Below the pieces are notes generated by a model. That model was not told the origin of the DNA. It did not search any database and saw nothing but the letters and a program-made list of their open reading frames with translations. The position numbers and the translations under genes were made by a program. Below, piece after piece: positions 29,268-41,560 of a stretch of 64,000 bases of DNA (the first letter of the stretch is position 1; the number at the start of each line of letters is the position of its first letter). Origin of the DNA: Eledone cirrhosa (taxonomy: Eukaryota); NCBI GenBank assembly GCA_964016885.1, contig OZ024740.1, positions 188,914,001 through 188,978,000 of the forward strand, given 5' to 3'.

Positions 29268-29480
29268 TGAAGGCACATGGCTTAAAGGATAGAGGGTTAG
29301 ATTCACAATTGTGAGGTTATCAGTTCGATTTCTTTCAGCCAGACTCTCTATTTCATTTTACTCTTTATGCCATGAGTTGCAACGGATAGTTATTAACAGC
29401 AATGGAAGGACCTTTCCTTGGTCTGGTTTGACAAGTTCCACCCACTCAGTAGGTAGATGAGGCATGAGATCTTGTTGATA
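29268..29480 (+). mobile_element. Decayed tRNA-derived SINE (family A head, third tail type)
   Basis: tgaaggcacatggctta..tagag..tcacaat..gttcgatt head; tail gcaatggaa...gttccaccc...gagatcttgttgat shared with 46457-46706 and 28750-28870. Confidence 0.65.
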
Positions 29481-29747
29481 GTTTATTCTCTCTTTTATAT
29501 ACATTAATAAGTCCATCTACCTCTGTGTGTGTGTGTGTGTACATATATATGCCTGTATATTGAAATTGGGAGTATAGACTATTAAAACCATTGTTCAATT
29601 TAGTACTGGGTCCTTAAGAAAGTCAGCAGAGTGTAGGTATTGTAAAGAGATTTTGCCTGACAAAGTATGGATATCCACTGGATGCCAGGCAGTAACCTAT
29701 TACCATGTCTCTCTCCCCGCTCTCTCTCTCTCTATATATATATATAT

Positions 29748-30128
29748 ATCATCATCATCATCATCGTTTAACGTCCATATTCCACGCTTGCATGGGTTTG
29801 GACGGGGGTTTTCCCACTTGAGGCAAGAGTGGTTGTCGTGCTTGCATAGGACTGTCTGGCGGGTTTTCTACGGCTGGATGCCCTTCCTAACACCAACCAC
29901 ATTTACAGTGTGGAACTGGGAGGTTCTTACCGTTACCTACACGGCCACATTACAGCGTGGACTGTGTGTTTTTTTGTCGTGACACCTACATAACCTCATT
30001 TGTTTCAGGCTGGATGTTGTGGTACCAACATAACTTTACATTGAAAGGGGTGGTGTGGATGGGGTGGGGGTAGTGGGACGGGGGTGTATTTTGTTAGAGG
30101 TACCTACTGACTGTAGTAGGTTTCACTT

Positions 30129-30131
<3 letters not shown>
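29748..30131 (-). mobile_element. RTE 3' UTR fragment
   Basis: Reverse complement homologous to 23995-24385. Confidence 0.9.
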
Positions 30132-30157
<26 letters not shown>

Positions 30158-30159
<2 letters not shown>

Positions 30160-30430
30160 GTTTATCCCGGGTTCAATGGAGGGTAACCACAGCAAGTAAG
30201 GTACTCAATACATAGCAGAATATAAATATTTAATATAGAAATGGCTTCTACAGGACTAGAACTGTTTCATTCAGGAGAAATCCTCGATGAAGCCCACTTC
30301 CTGATGATTTCTCCTGAAAGAAATAGTTCTAGTCCTATAGAAGCCATTTCTATATTAAATATTTATACTCTGCTATGTATTGAGTACCTTACTTACTGTG
30401 GTTACGCCCGATTTAACCCGGGATAAACTT
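30158..30430. mobile_element. Palindromic hammerhead-bearing element (arms about 135 bp)
   Basis: Arms ggtttatcccgggtt...gaag / cttc...aacccgggataaact around a ccca apex (30293-30296); intact hammerhead motif at 30297-30343 (+). Confidence 0.75.
30297..30343 (+). ncRNA. Type I hammerhead ribozyme motif
   Basis: cttc-CTGATGA-tttc tcct gaaa-GAAA-tag ttctagtc cta-TA-gaag: all three stems pair and the core is complete. Confidence 0.7.
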
Positions 30431-30440
30431 ATATATATAT

Positions 30441-30728
30441 TGGCATTTATCATTCATCTATACATTGCTATTTCAGAGCACCAATACTAATACCTAATTT
30501 TTGTTGGACCGGCAATCCCTCTGTATAATCAATCAGCTCTTGATTATTACTGGAATTCTATAAGAAACCAATTTCTACAATTTTCGGCGGATGCAGGGGA
30601 GTGTGTGGTTTTGATAAATGCTAACCAGCGTGAAACAGACTGTCAATCACTCTCCCTTACTTTCGCTGAAAATAAGTAAGTGACATAGTCACTACTTTAA
30701 AACTAATGGCAAATGGTCTTCTAAATCA
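30441..30728 (+). mobile_element. Penelope-like fragment with degenerate hammerhead (30596-30656)
   Basis: gtggtt-TTGATAA-atgct aacc agcgt-GAAA-cag a ctg-TC-aatcac; stem I extends through gggag/ctccc. Confidence 0.55.
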
Positions 30729-30879
30729 TATATATATATAATATATATATATTATATATATATATCATATATATATATATAATATATATATATATTATAT
30801 ATTTATAATATATATATAATGTATATATAATATATATATAATGTATATATAATATATATATATGTATATATAATATATA

Positions 30880-31575
30880 TCATCATCATCATCATCCACA
30901 TTTACAGTGTGGAACTGGGAGGTTTTTACCGTGTTACCTACACGGCCACATTACAGCGTGGACTGTGTGTTTTTTTTTTTTTCGTGACACCTACACGAAC
31001 TCATTTATTTAGGACTGGATGTTGTGGTACCAACATAATTTTACATTGAAAGGGGTGGTGTGGATCGATGTGGGGGAGACTGTCTTTCTCCCAATTATTC
31101 TCCTCATTTAGTTGCCTTTCGTAGTGACACTTCCAAGCTACCTTCTTATCAGCGTCAGTGATGGCAAGTACATCATCATCAGTAAGGACACACTTCTCCC
31201 CGACAATATCATGGTTTTCCTTGACACATTGCCTAGCAATCCTGAACACCTCACGTTTTTGGTCCTCGCGTTGTAGAACATGCTTGAATTTTCTTTCCTC
31301 TGCTTCCCTTCTTGCGAAGTACACTTGTCTCCTAGCTTCCCTCCTGGCCACTTGATAGTCTTCTCTACTTCCCCCATCCCACCATGCTTTCCAAGCCTGC
31401 TTTTTGGCCGTGATTGACCCCTCCACCTTACTGTTCCACCACCAAGTTACTCTTCTCCTGCCCATAGGTCTGCTCCAGCCACAGGTTTCACCTGTCGCCT
31501 TCAGCAGGTTAGCTTTCAGGAATACCCACTGTTCCTCTATATTGTACGACTCTAATTGCTCTTCCTTTCTATCAA
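30880..31575 (-). mobile_element. Internally deleted RTE LINE (EN-RT linker fused to 3' UTR)
   Basis: RRVTWWWNSKVEGSITAKKQAWKAW..VFRIARQ..DIVGEKCV..WKCHYERQLNEEN joined near 31066 to 3' UTR sequence, then the (ATG)n tail. Confidence 0.88.
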
Positions 31576-33566
31576 ATTATATATATATATTATGTATATA
31601 TAATATTATGTATATATATATATATTATGTATATATAATGTATATATATATTATGGATATAAAATGTATATATATTATGTATATATAATGTATATATATT
31701 ATGTATATATAATGTGTATATATTATGTATATATATATATGCGAGTGTTGTATGTGTTTGGACAATGTATACGGATTTCCTATTGCTTGTCTATCAATAC
31801 AATATTCAATATTTAAACATCAGAATGAAATGTTGCTATACTAAAACAAAACATGTGTAATCCATTCTATATTATTGATTTCCTTGATGATGATACTTCA
31901 AACCAGTTTTTGAGAGATTATTTGTAGTCATTGTAATGTCTCACTAATATTGTGGATTTCCTTCTTCAAATATGTTTTCTATATATTGCTATAGTTCTCC
32001 TGGATTTGGATATCTAAAATCTTTTCCCATTTGCAATACATATCTTCTCCTTTCCATTAATGAACTCCTTCAATTAAACTCACATTCACAGCATAGAATT
32101 CTGCTTACAGAATACCATATTGCACCAAATATCTTTGTTTTCACCATTAAATTAAAACTTTCTATTTAAATCCATATACATTGTGTGCAAGTGTCTTCTG
32201 TTTGGCTTTAATGACATATTTTAAAATCTGTATTCCTACACACTAACGCAAACTGACAAAGAACCTTAGAATGATGTACATTATCCTTAGATTAAATTCT
32301 GTCATTTAAATTATAGCAAAATCATTAAAAAAAGCCAGTTTTGAATAAAAACAAAACAACCAAAAAAACAAAAAAAAAACATTTCAATTTAACTAGAGAA
32401 ATTCAAATAAATTATCTTTCATAAGGTCAAAATCCTTAGTGTTATATTAGAAATATAGTTAACAATTAGTCTGCATATGAACCTGAAATCAATTATTTAT
32501 TAGGCACTTTCAGAAATAGCAGGAAATTTCTAAGAGCTCATTTGACCAAAGTTCATAGCTTTCATTTCCAAAATTATCTCTTGCGTATCTTTATTTTTCT
32601 CCATCATTTACCAAAGATCGAAAGAACTCAGGGAAATTAAAAAACAACAATTGCACTTGTGTTATTGTTAGGATTTTCTTTTAAAGTTATACATCTTCTA
32701 CTTTAGCCAATCTATATTGGGTTCCAATATATGAGTGCGTAATTGTAGAAATCTCAGACCTTCATCTAAAAAGCCAGTAATATTCTGGCTCTCTTTGGTT
32801 TTATTGATCTCTTTCAATAGCCTTGCAGTATTGGTTTCTATCATTATTCAGAACAATAATCATGGGAAAAGAAGCATATAAGTAATTCCAAAATATGAAA
32901 TGTTGTATTGCAAATATCCATTAGTAATTCACTAAGAAACCAAATCTCTATTTTTTTCATGTTTTTTTCCAAAGTCAGTATATTAACTCAGCTGGGAAAG
33001 GTACTGAAAGGAATTGTATCTCAGCCTAAAGTACCTTGCTTTAAATACCTTACACAACTGTACTTAGGTGTTTGGTTAAGAAATTTGCTTTGAAATCATG
33101 TGGCTCCAGGTTTAATTCCAATGTATAGCACCTTGAAGATTATCTTCTACCATAGTCTCAAGTCGACCAATGTCCTATGAAGGAAATCTAGTCGACAGAA
33201 TCTTGACATCACTACCATTACCACCATAACCATCACAATTGTCATTAATGGTGGACAATACTTTGCAAAGACAAAAATGTAGGAGTGCCAACATATTAAC
33301 ATTAGCTTTGCAACATGCTGCTGAATATGTATAGTCATTGATGGAGATTTTCTGATATATATCTTCATCCCCATCATCATATAATATCCACTTTCTCTGC
33401 TAGCAATGGTTGGACTGTTCTTCACAGACCAATATTTTCTAAAGCAGGCCAGTGGTTAGTATCACACTTATATACCATTCCCAATTCTAACAAGTGCATT
33501 TTACCATGGCATTAGCACTATTGAGAAGTACTAAACACAAATACAGTATGGTCTCACATATGTAAT

Positions 33567-33746
33567 ATAATTGTTTTTACTTTAGGCACAAGGCCAGCAA
33601 TTATCCAGTACATTACTGGTACTTTATTTTATCGACCCCTTAAGGATGAAAGGCAAAGTTAGCCTCGGTGGGATTTGAACTCATACTGTAAAGGAACGTA
33701 ACTATGCTAGAAAGCATGGCGTCCAACCCTCTACCGATACTGCCAA
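33567..33746 (-). mobile_element. SINE family B
   Basis: Reverse complement of the 58128-58313 consensus (tactggtactttattttatcgacccc..aggatgaaaggcaaagtt..ggatttgaactca). Confidence 0.8.
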
Positions 33747-34257
33747 ATATAATGAATTGAAAACTATTTTCTCTCAGCCATATTGTTTAAACATAAATCA
33801 ACATTGCATAATCTTTTTCTCAGAATCTATGTAATTACACTAAATTACTTATATGATGTACTCAGAAATGTTGATTCTGTTTCTCTTCAGAAATATCTTC
33901 CAATTATCAAAATTAAAGAGTATATATATGGACTTTGAAATCAAATTTTACCTGATATAAAAATGAGAACTATAAATATATAGATGAAGCTAAGCCATTT
34001 TGGGAGTATAAGTTTGCAGAGATTGCAATACATTTTTTCATGTTGGTTTCTTTACAAGAGGCATCCTACTTGAATATGTTATGCACACACAGGAAGTGGA
34101 ATGCTGAGAAAATATGTCTTTGTAATATAAATATGTTTATATCTTCATATGTACATGTTTAGATCTATACATGTTTATACTGTGTGTATATTGTATACTT
34201 CTGTTTGTATATGTTCCTTCTTAGAACGATGTATATATATATATATATTTTTTTAGT

Positions 34258-34556
34258 ATATGTTGGTTGTTTACCAACACCTCAGTATGCAGATTGGAGC
34301 ACTCGACAAAGTATGCAGGTTGGTTTGGTTACTCCGGAGTAATGTAAAATAATTAAGTCAAATATTTAAAATTTGGCTTCGTTTATTAAAGATGTACTGC
34401 TATATATATTTTGGTGACAGCCATCATTGGCTGTCACCTCTTCAGGCAGTCCGAATTGGTGTGGTAGAGACAGGTTGTTGAAGTGTTTTACTCAGTCAAG
34501 ATTCCGATATGTCCAGCTCCTGGTTGGGTTGTTATTTCTCTGAGGAACTGGAATCA
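34258..34556 (-). mobile_element. Penelope-like pLTR fragment with hammerhead (34396-34450)
   Basis: Minus strand: actgc-CTGAAGA-ggtgacagcca atga tggctgtcacc-AAAA-tatata-TA-gcagt...aataaa; single core change G12>A. Confidence 0.7.
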
Positions 34557-34869
34557 TATATATATAAGTGTGTGTGTGTATGTGTGTGTGGGTGTATAAG
34601 TTTTTGCATATCAATATACATCTTAAAATGCTTTTTTGTTTATACACACATGTATGTATAAGAAAACCTATACACAAGAAAAAGAAATACATTAGAGAAA
34701 CTCCTCCAACTCTTGTAAGTGTAGAAAAATGAATGTAAAAAACAATGTTGGTGATGGAGGTCATGATATTAAATATACATTTAGGTTCTTCTGACCCATT
34801 ATTTTCATATTAAGTCCAAGTATCAGTAGAGACTTGGACACAATTTTTTCCAGCATAATTACATCCCTT

Positions 34870-34997
34870 TACAGTCTGAGTTCAAATCCCGCTGAGGTTA
34901 ACTTTGCCTTTCATCTTACGGGGTCGATAAAATAAAGTACCAGTAATGTACTGCGATAATTGCTGGCTTTGTGCCAAAAGTAGAAACAATTATTATC
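34870..34997 (+). mobile_element. SINE family B (3' part)
   Basis: gagttcaaatcccgctgaggttaactttgcctttcatcttacggggtcgataaaataaagtaccag...agaaacaattatt. Confidence 0.8.
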
Positions 34998-35840
34998 CTT
35001 TATTGCTTGCTAACCATAGTTTTTTTTTATTCTCTCATTACTCCTTCATATTTCCTTACTCTCTCATCTAACCTTATTGACATTCATCATTCTCTCTCAC
35101 CATCTCTAAACTGTATTGTTATCCATCACTCTCTTGAATAATGTAACCATTACTCAATCTCACATGTTACTCTCATCTAATACATATTTATAATATATCT
35201 TCACTTTTATCTCTCTTTCCCATCATACTCATATTTCTATTATTCCTTCTTCCATCATCTGTCTACCTTCTGTCACTCTCCCCTCCTCCATTATGCTGTT
35301 TTCCATTCAATCTCCTTACCAACATAGAGTTGTCTTTCACTTTCTTTTATTACTTTCTATCCTATCACCCTCTCACTCCTACTGCTCTAGTTTTCCTTTT
35401 TACTCTCTCTTCTGACACCCTGTCAACCTTATTCCTCTTTCAACACACTCTTCTATCACTACTTTGTTCATGTTGCCTTGAAAAAGCAGGCATACTTTAG
35501 TGTAGAGAGAAATATTTTGTCATGCCAGGAACAAGACAACCACTTTAGTGTTGATGTCATGATTAAATGCACACTCTAGATTTAAAAGAGCATATAGAAC
35601 TGTAGGAAAACATACCAAAAATTGAATGTTAGAGGAAACTGTATGGGAGGACATCAACTCTGAAAAAAACTGAAATGAACTGTTCAACAACTTCTTATGC
35701 CGGCATTGAAAACAGAAACTAAAATAATGGTGATGGTATTGATGTTGATGCTGTTATTGTTGTTGATGATACTGATGATGAATAAAACGTGTTTTGTTTT
35801 CTTTTATTTAACGTGTTTGTATTATTCTTTCTACTTACAG

Positions 35841-36073
35841 TTGTGCAGAAAGTTATGATGCCATTATTGTACATGATGGTATTGACAAATCAGCCAATGT
35901 TATCGGAATTTTTTGTGATGTCCACAACACCCAAGTTGTAAAGTCTAGTGGGCGCTACATGTATATTGATTTCTACTCAGATGATAAAGATGAAAGACAG
36001 GGTTTTGCAGCCAAATACACATTTTTTACTGAGCACCAGACAACCGCAGACTCAAGAACTACACCAACTACAG
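35841..36073 (+). CDS. Internal coding exon of a CUB-domain protein (C-terminal half of CUB plus Thr-rich linker)
   Basis: Acceptor ttctttctacttacAG and donor GTgaga. The 233 nt exon (phase 2 / phase 1) reads CAESYDAIIVHDGIDKSANVIGIFCDVHNTQVVKSSGRYMYIDFYSDDKDERQGFAAKYTF.., matching the CUB pattern C..D.+.+.DG......+G.FC.......SSG..+.+.F.SD......GF.A.Y. Confidence 0.92.
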
Positions 36074-39000
36074 GTGAGAATTCAGTTTATAAGAGAACAA
36101 AAAGAAAACAAAAACAAAAAGAAAATTATATTTACAAGTTTCAATCATTCCTTTATGGCTGCATGTTATTTATGTCATTTTACAGTCTTTCAGTTATTCA
36201 AGCATTTTCAAAAAGATATTTTCTACTTCAAGAATAAAAGAGAATGTTATTGTGTGGAACTGCCTGTCAGCGTGCAGTATTTAACACTTCTGTTTGTAAT
36301 CTAAAATATTGCTGCTGTTTTGTTTTCCTTCTTTTAATTTCCAATCAGATTATGGTATCAATAAACAAAATAAAATACTATTATTTTAGTCAGCTGGCTG
36401 TCAAATTCAGGAAGGAAAGAAAAACAGGAACCAGGTGTACCAAATCCAATATTAAACTTCATGTAATGATCCTAGCAGTGTGTGAGATACCTTAAATGTG
36501 CATGTTTTCTTCATTGTGAAAGTGTGAATGATTAATAGAGATAATTAATATTTTTCTTTTATATTTCATCAGAATACAGAGTTAATGTGATATAAAATTG
36601 TAAAAAATGTTTGCCCACAACTTTTTTCCATGAATTTTAAGGTTTCCTCCCTATAGAATAGGTCATTGTTTTTCTTATTTAGAATTAGGTTTTCCTTTTT
36701 TTCTTTTTTTGTCAATCATGGAACAGTTTGTGTGTATGCATGTGAATGTACTTCTGTACACCTACAAATATTTTGTATTTACCAAATGCTTCCTCATTAA
36801 ATCACAGCATCAATGGAACTCCATGTAGTTCATATAGTAGATATTAAAATACTGAAACAATGACAATGAGGGACCGTCTATGTGATCAATTGACCTCCTA
36901 CCAAGGAATGTATATTTTTAATAATCAGATCATAGAATGTGATTAACATAGGAAGGAAGTAGGATAATCATAGCTGGGGTGTTTGGTCAGAGCTAATCTG
37001 TGAATAAACTATAGCAACTATAATACTGAATTTGATATTGTATGAATAAATGCCAGATTTCACAGGCTTGACTGGTTGATTGTTTTCCAATTCAAAACGA
37101 ACTTAAAGAAAATCTCAAGTATTCAATGGCATATTTATTCCAATGTAACTATTAGTCCTGGGGACAGTAGGTCTTCATTAAGATCCAAGAGCCAAAGAGA
37201 TAGAGGAAACAGCAACAAAAGCTTAAGAGATAGAATGGTATGTGCTTTGTAGTGAGATCCAAAGATTGATTCAAACTGCATGGCATTAGCGTTATTACCC
37301 ACTTTATTACACTTTAAAGAAAGCACATAGTATTATAGCCAACTTTGGTTCATGGGCTATTATTAATCTTTCCTTATCAGAACTGCATCTCCTTTTCTAT
37401 GAATTCACTGTTCAACATGAGGACAAACTGAACATTAACCATGTTATTTTCAGTATGTTATACTCATTATTCATCATTCTATGCAAGTATGTAAAGACTA
37501 TAAGTATTCTCCTCAACTTTGGAATAATTATTTAATATGTAGTGGCAAAATTGTTTTAAGGTTAAGGCATTGGACTACTGGCTATTTGGCCATGAGTTTA
37601 ACCCTACCATGGTACATCAATTGATCTAAGTTCTGGAACAAAGGATACAATTCTGTTTGTTTTAGTTTGTTTGCCTGTCTAAAAAGACCCATTACACTGC
37701 CTGGTTTGAATAGATTGGTTAGTGGTGGGAATTTCTCAAGCAAAACTATCATATTCATCGAACAAACAGAAAATAGATGTAAAATAGAAAACAAAAACAT
37801 TTATACATATATATTGTATGCTTGTGTTCAATACTTTGCAATACCTTAAATTATTTCAATTTTAATTTAATATCGTATATAAAAAAAACACGTTATTTTA
37901 TTTGTAAAAGTTTTACAAAGAATTTTCAGACTTGAAAATTGAGGAAGGATAGAAATAAAAAAAAGATAAATCCATGACTAACTGAATCTCTTCCTATTTA
38001 AAAATAAAATTATTTCAAGAGGTAACTTAAAAATGATTTAATTGTAATAGTGGTGAAATAAGCCAATAAATGATACTTTCTATAAAAAAAAAATAGAATG
38101 CTTTGTCACCAGAAAGCATCTGCTATTTCTTTTAATTTTCTATTATTATATGATTATCATTTTTCTCTGGACACAGAGATTCTGCTTGTGTCTTTCACAA
38201 ATCTTGAAAAATAGGTGAGATTGATGCCTTTATTGTTTGCTTTAAACTGTTGTACATCAACAACTGCAGTAGAGACATGTGCATGGCAGGTATTCCAGGG
38301 AGCTGATGATGTAAAAAGACATGTCTGGGCTGTGTGGTCAGGTTGGTGGTATATGGGGGGGGGGGGTATAAGATAATACAGGGGATGAGAAAAGACAAAT
38401 TATTCAGGAGTTCAGGAGTGCTTAAGTGAAGATAATATGAGAGCTGCCATATCTGAGGAGCAGTGGGCATTATATTTTCAGTAGATATGTGACAACATGA
38501 GGTTAGAGTTTGTTTATGAGTGATTTCATGCCAGTAAATCAAATGAACCTTTTCACATGTTATGTAGGATATCTTTGTATTTAACACTTGCACTGTCCAA
38601 GTTATGGAAACAGCACTGCAATGCAAGTCTTACCTGAGCATTGTAGACATGTATTTGTTGCTACATTTGTTTAATTAGATTAGGTGACCTAATATTCTAG
38701 TGATACTGTTTATTTATATATCTAAGATTACATTGATATATCCTTTTTTCTTAAGATAAAAAAGCATGTGATTTGAGGGGGGTATTGGCTGCTATTTCTT
38801 GCATGTTTTGAAACCATGTTAAGGCTCCTTCTTTGGTTCAAAATTTCGTTTAGTTTTGTGGTTTAGCGCCAAGCAAGCTATGACTGAGTAAATTTATAAT
38901 GAAAAGTATTCCAACCATGATCATTCCATCTAATTATCAGATACAGTATATCTTGGATTAAATTATCAAATACGTCCTTCATTTTTTAAGGAGATAAGGA

Positions 39001-39606
39001 ATTAGGAAGAAATAGTTAACTTTCTTTCACTTTTCTAAAACCAAACTCAACAAAGATGTATATGGTATGTGAAATATACATGTGTGACAATTAAATAAAA
39101 TTTGATGGCTGAAAAATCAGCAAAGCTCAAAGAATTGATATATCTGCTTCTTATTTAATACAACTACTGAAAAAATATATGGAAAATCCTTCGTAAAAGA
39201 GTTCTATTCATATAAAACTGCCTGCATGACTTTCCTGGTCCATTGTAGTGTAACAAGATTTACACTAGTTGACTTTTATCAGTTTCCATCTAATTTTCTG
39301 GAAACTGGTAGTAGTATGTTCTTGTAGGATAAGCCCTCTCTAGAGTTTTCAAATGTATCACCTATATTAACAGTAATGCATCAACGAAATGAGAAGTATA
39401 AGCTTTGTATCCATGGGAATTGTCATTATGGCATCTGGTTATAAAGAAAATAAAAGCAATGTCAAAAGACCTTCTCAAAAAATGCACTAACTCTTTCAAA
39501 GATGAGCCTAATGTAACAGCTTTCCAACTTCATGTTCATTGTTTCTAAGTCTAAAAAAACCTGGACGCACATAGAGCCTAGTGATAAGGGTGTTAGACTT
39601 ACAATT

Positions 39607-39708
39607 ATAATTGTTTCTACTTTAGGCACAATGCCAGCAATTACCCAGTGCATTACTGGTACTTTATTTTATCGACCCCGTAAGGATGAAAGGCAAAGTC
39701 AACCTTAC
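39607..39708 (-). mobile_element. SINE family B (3' part)
   Basis: ataattgtttctactttaggcaca...actggtactttattttatcgaccccgtaaggatgaaaggcaaagtcaacc. Confidence 0.8.
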
Positions 39709-39878
39709 AGTTATAATGTCAGAATTTCTGTTGTTTTAGTAAGAATTGAGTTCTTTTCTAAATTATACAACATTAAATAGAAATATATATTTAGTAGTGG
39801 AAAATTTATAAAAATAAAGTAAATGGCTCATAATTATTTACAGCAATTCTGTATTAATTGTTAGATATAGACAAGTTA

Positions 39879-40200
39879 GTGAAGGTGCGTGGCTTAGTAG
39901 TTAGAGTGTTGGACTTACAATTGTCAGGTTGTGAGTTGGATTCTTGTACTGGACAATGCATTATATCCTTGAGTAAGACATTTTATTTCACATTACCCTA
40001 GCTGTATGAATGAGTTGTGACATCACTGATGCCAAGCTGCATCAACCTTTGCCTTTCACTTGGTGGCATGTAGAGTGGAGCTTGGTATGCATAAGCAGCT
40101 GCTGGTCTTCCACAAAAGACTCTTGCCCAGAATTTGAGCGTTGGAAAGGAACTTTCTAGATGCAAAGCTTATGGTCATTCATGACTGATGGGGGGGGGGG
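39879..40200 (+). mobile_element. tRNA-derived SINE (family A head, further tail type)
   Basis: tgaaggtgcgtggcttagtagttagag...tccttgagtaagacattttatttcac core. Confidence 0.75.
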
Positions 40201-41560
40201 GGTCTCTATAAATAAGTTAGAACATTATGAAAATAATGGTGTAAACACTGATATCAATTATAAGTGAGGTAGAAGAAAGATGAGGGATAGTTATTTATCT
40301 ATGTGTACCTATGTGTGTACAAATATATATGATTGCCATTATATCATTAAATATTGGTAAAATATTGAATATATTGCTGCAAATAATTTAGATATGATCA
40401 TCTTTAATTCTCAATGGTCAATAAAATGTTTACCATCCAAAATAATAATATACTACTTTTAGTGCTAGAAGAACTTGATTTCTGTTCATAATCCAATATT
40501 ATTCTTTCTGGGGTCAATAAAATAAAATACCAGTAATACACTGGAATAATTGCTGGCCTTGTGCTAAAAGTAGAAACAATTATTCTTTCTATCAACAATC
40601 ATAGCCATACATATACTTACACTCACACAGATTTCATCTAATTTATACATTCTAGGTGAAAGTAAGTCTTGAAATAATGGAAAGGTAGAAATGGGATGTT
40701 TATCAAGTTATATATGTTCACCTTATAATTGTAAATTGTCAGCATCTAATAACATTCTATTGTCTATTTTTAACATATTTTGTATAGAGCAATAATCAAG
40801 CAATCATGTTTGTCCATCATTTAAATTAATTTGATTGTTCAGTTTTGAAAAGTTCTGATTAGTTAGTTGTTGGGCGAAGTAAAAATGTTAACATTTTCAA
40901 ACCAAATATAGGTTATTTTGATTCTTTCATCAGCTATTTTTGTACTACATCTATATATTCCAGCCTATGTATTCCCTTTTACTTCATAAGCAGACTTTAC
41001 TAATGCCAATTCAAATTTACCATCAAGTGTTGATTGTATGGTATTATATAATTATTGCAAAAGCTAGGAAATTGCTTTGGTTTCATTTCATGTGTATCAG
41101 ATAAGAATATTGCCTTTTGAAATTGTGGCTCTTTCTTTGTACGTTGTACTAAACACAAGTGTTTTACAATACATAATATTCAGATGGACATCTATATATG
41201 ATAGCCTACCACAATCAAAATCTTTTTGTGTTGACATTTACTCGAGCATATTATGATAAATGGTGCTCCAGTTTGACATCAATTTATATAAATCCCTTGT
41301 GTAGTTAGATAGTGGTGCTTGGCAACTGAAAGGTTAACTCAACTTTGATACAATGATTATGTCATTGTTTTGATGAAATAATTAGGGAGTGGTAGATTGT
41401 CAGTATTAGTGGAGCATTGGACAATATGCTTTGTAGCATAGAGTAATGGTTGTTTATGTTCTGAGTTCAATTCTTACCAAGATTAGCTTTGCCTTACATC
41501 TTTCTTCGCCCCAAAATTGTTGGCTTTGTGCCTGAATCAGAAACCATTATTTTGATGAAA

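Noticed and set aside
35030-35470. Long pyrimidine-rich tract upstream of the exon
   Set aside because: Looks like decayed (CT)n low-complexity sequence ending about 370 bp before the acceptor; no specific function supportable.
38260-38640. Purine-rich stretch resembling an ancient LINE C-terminus
   Set aside because: No unambiguous motif recoverable by eye.
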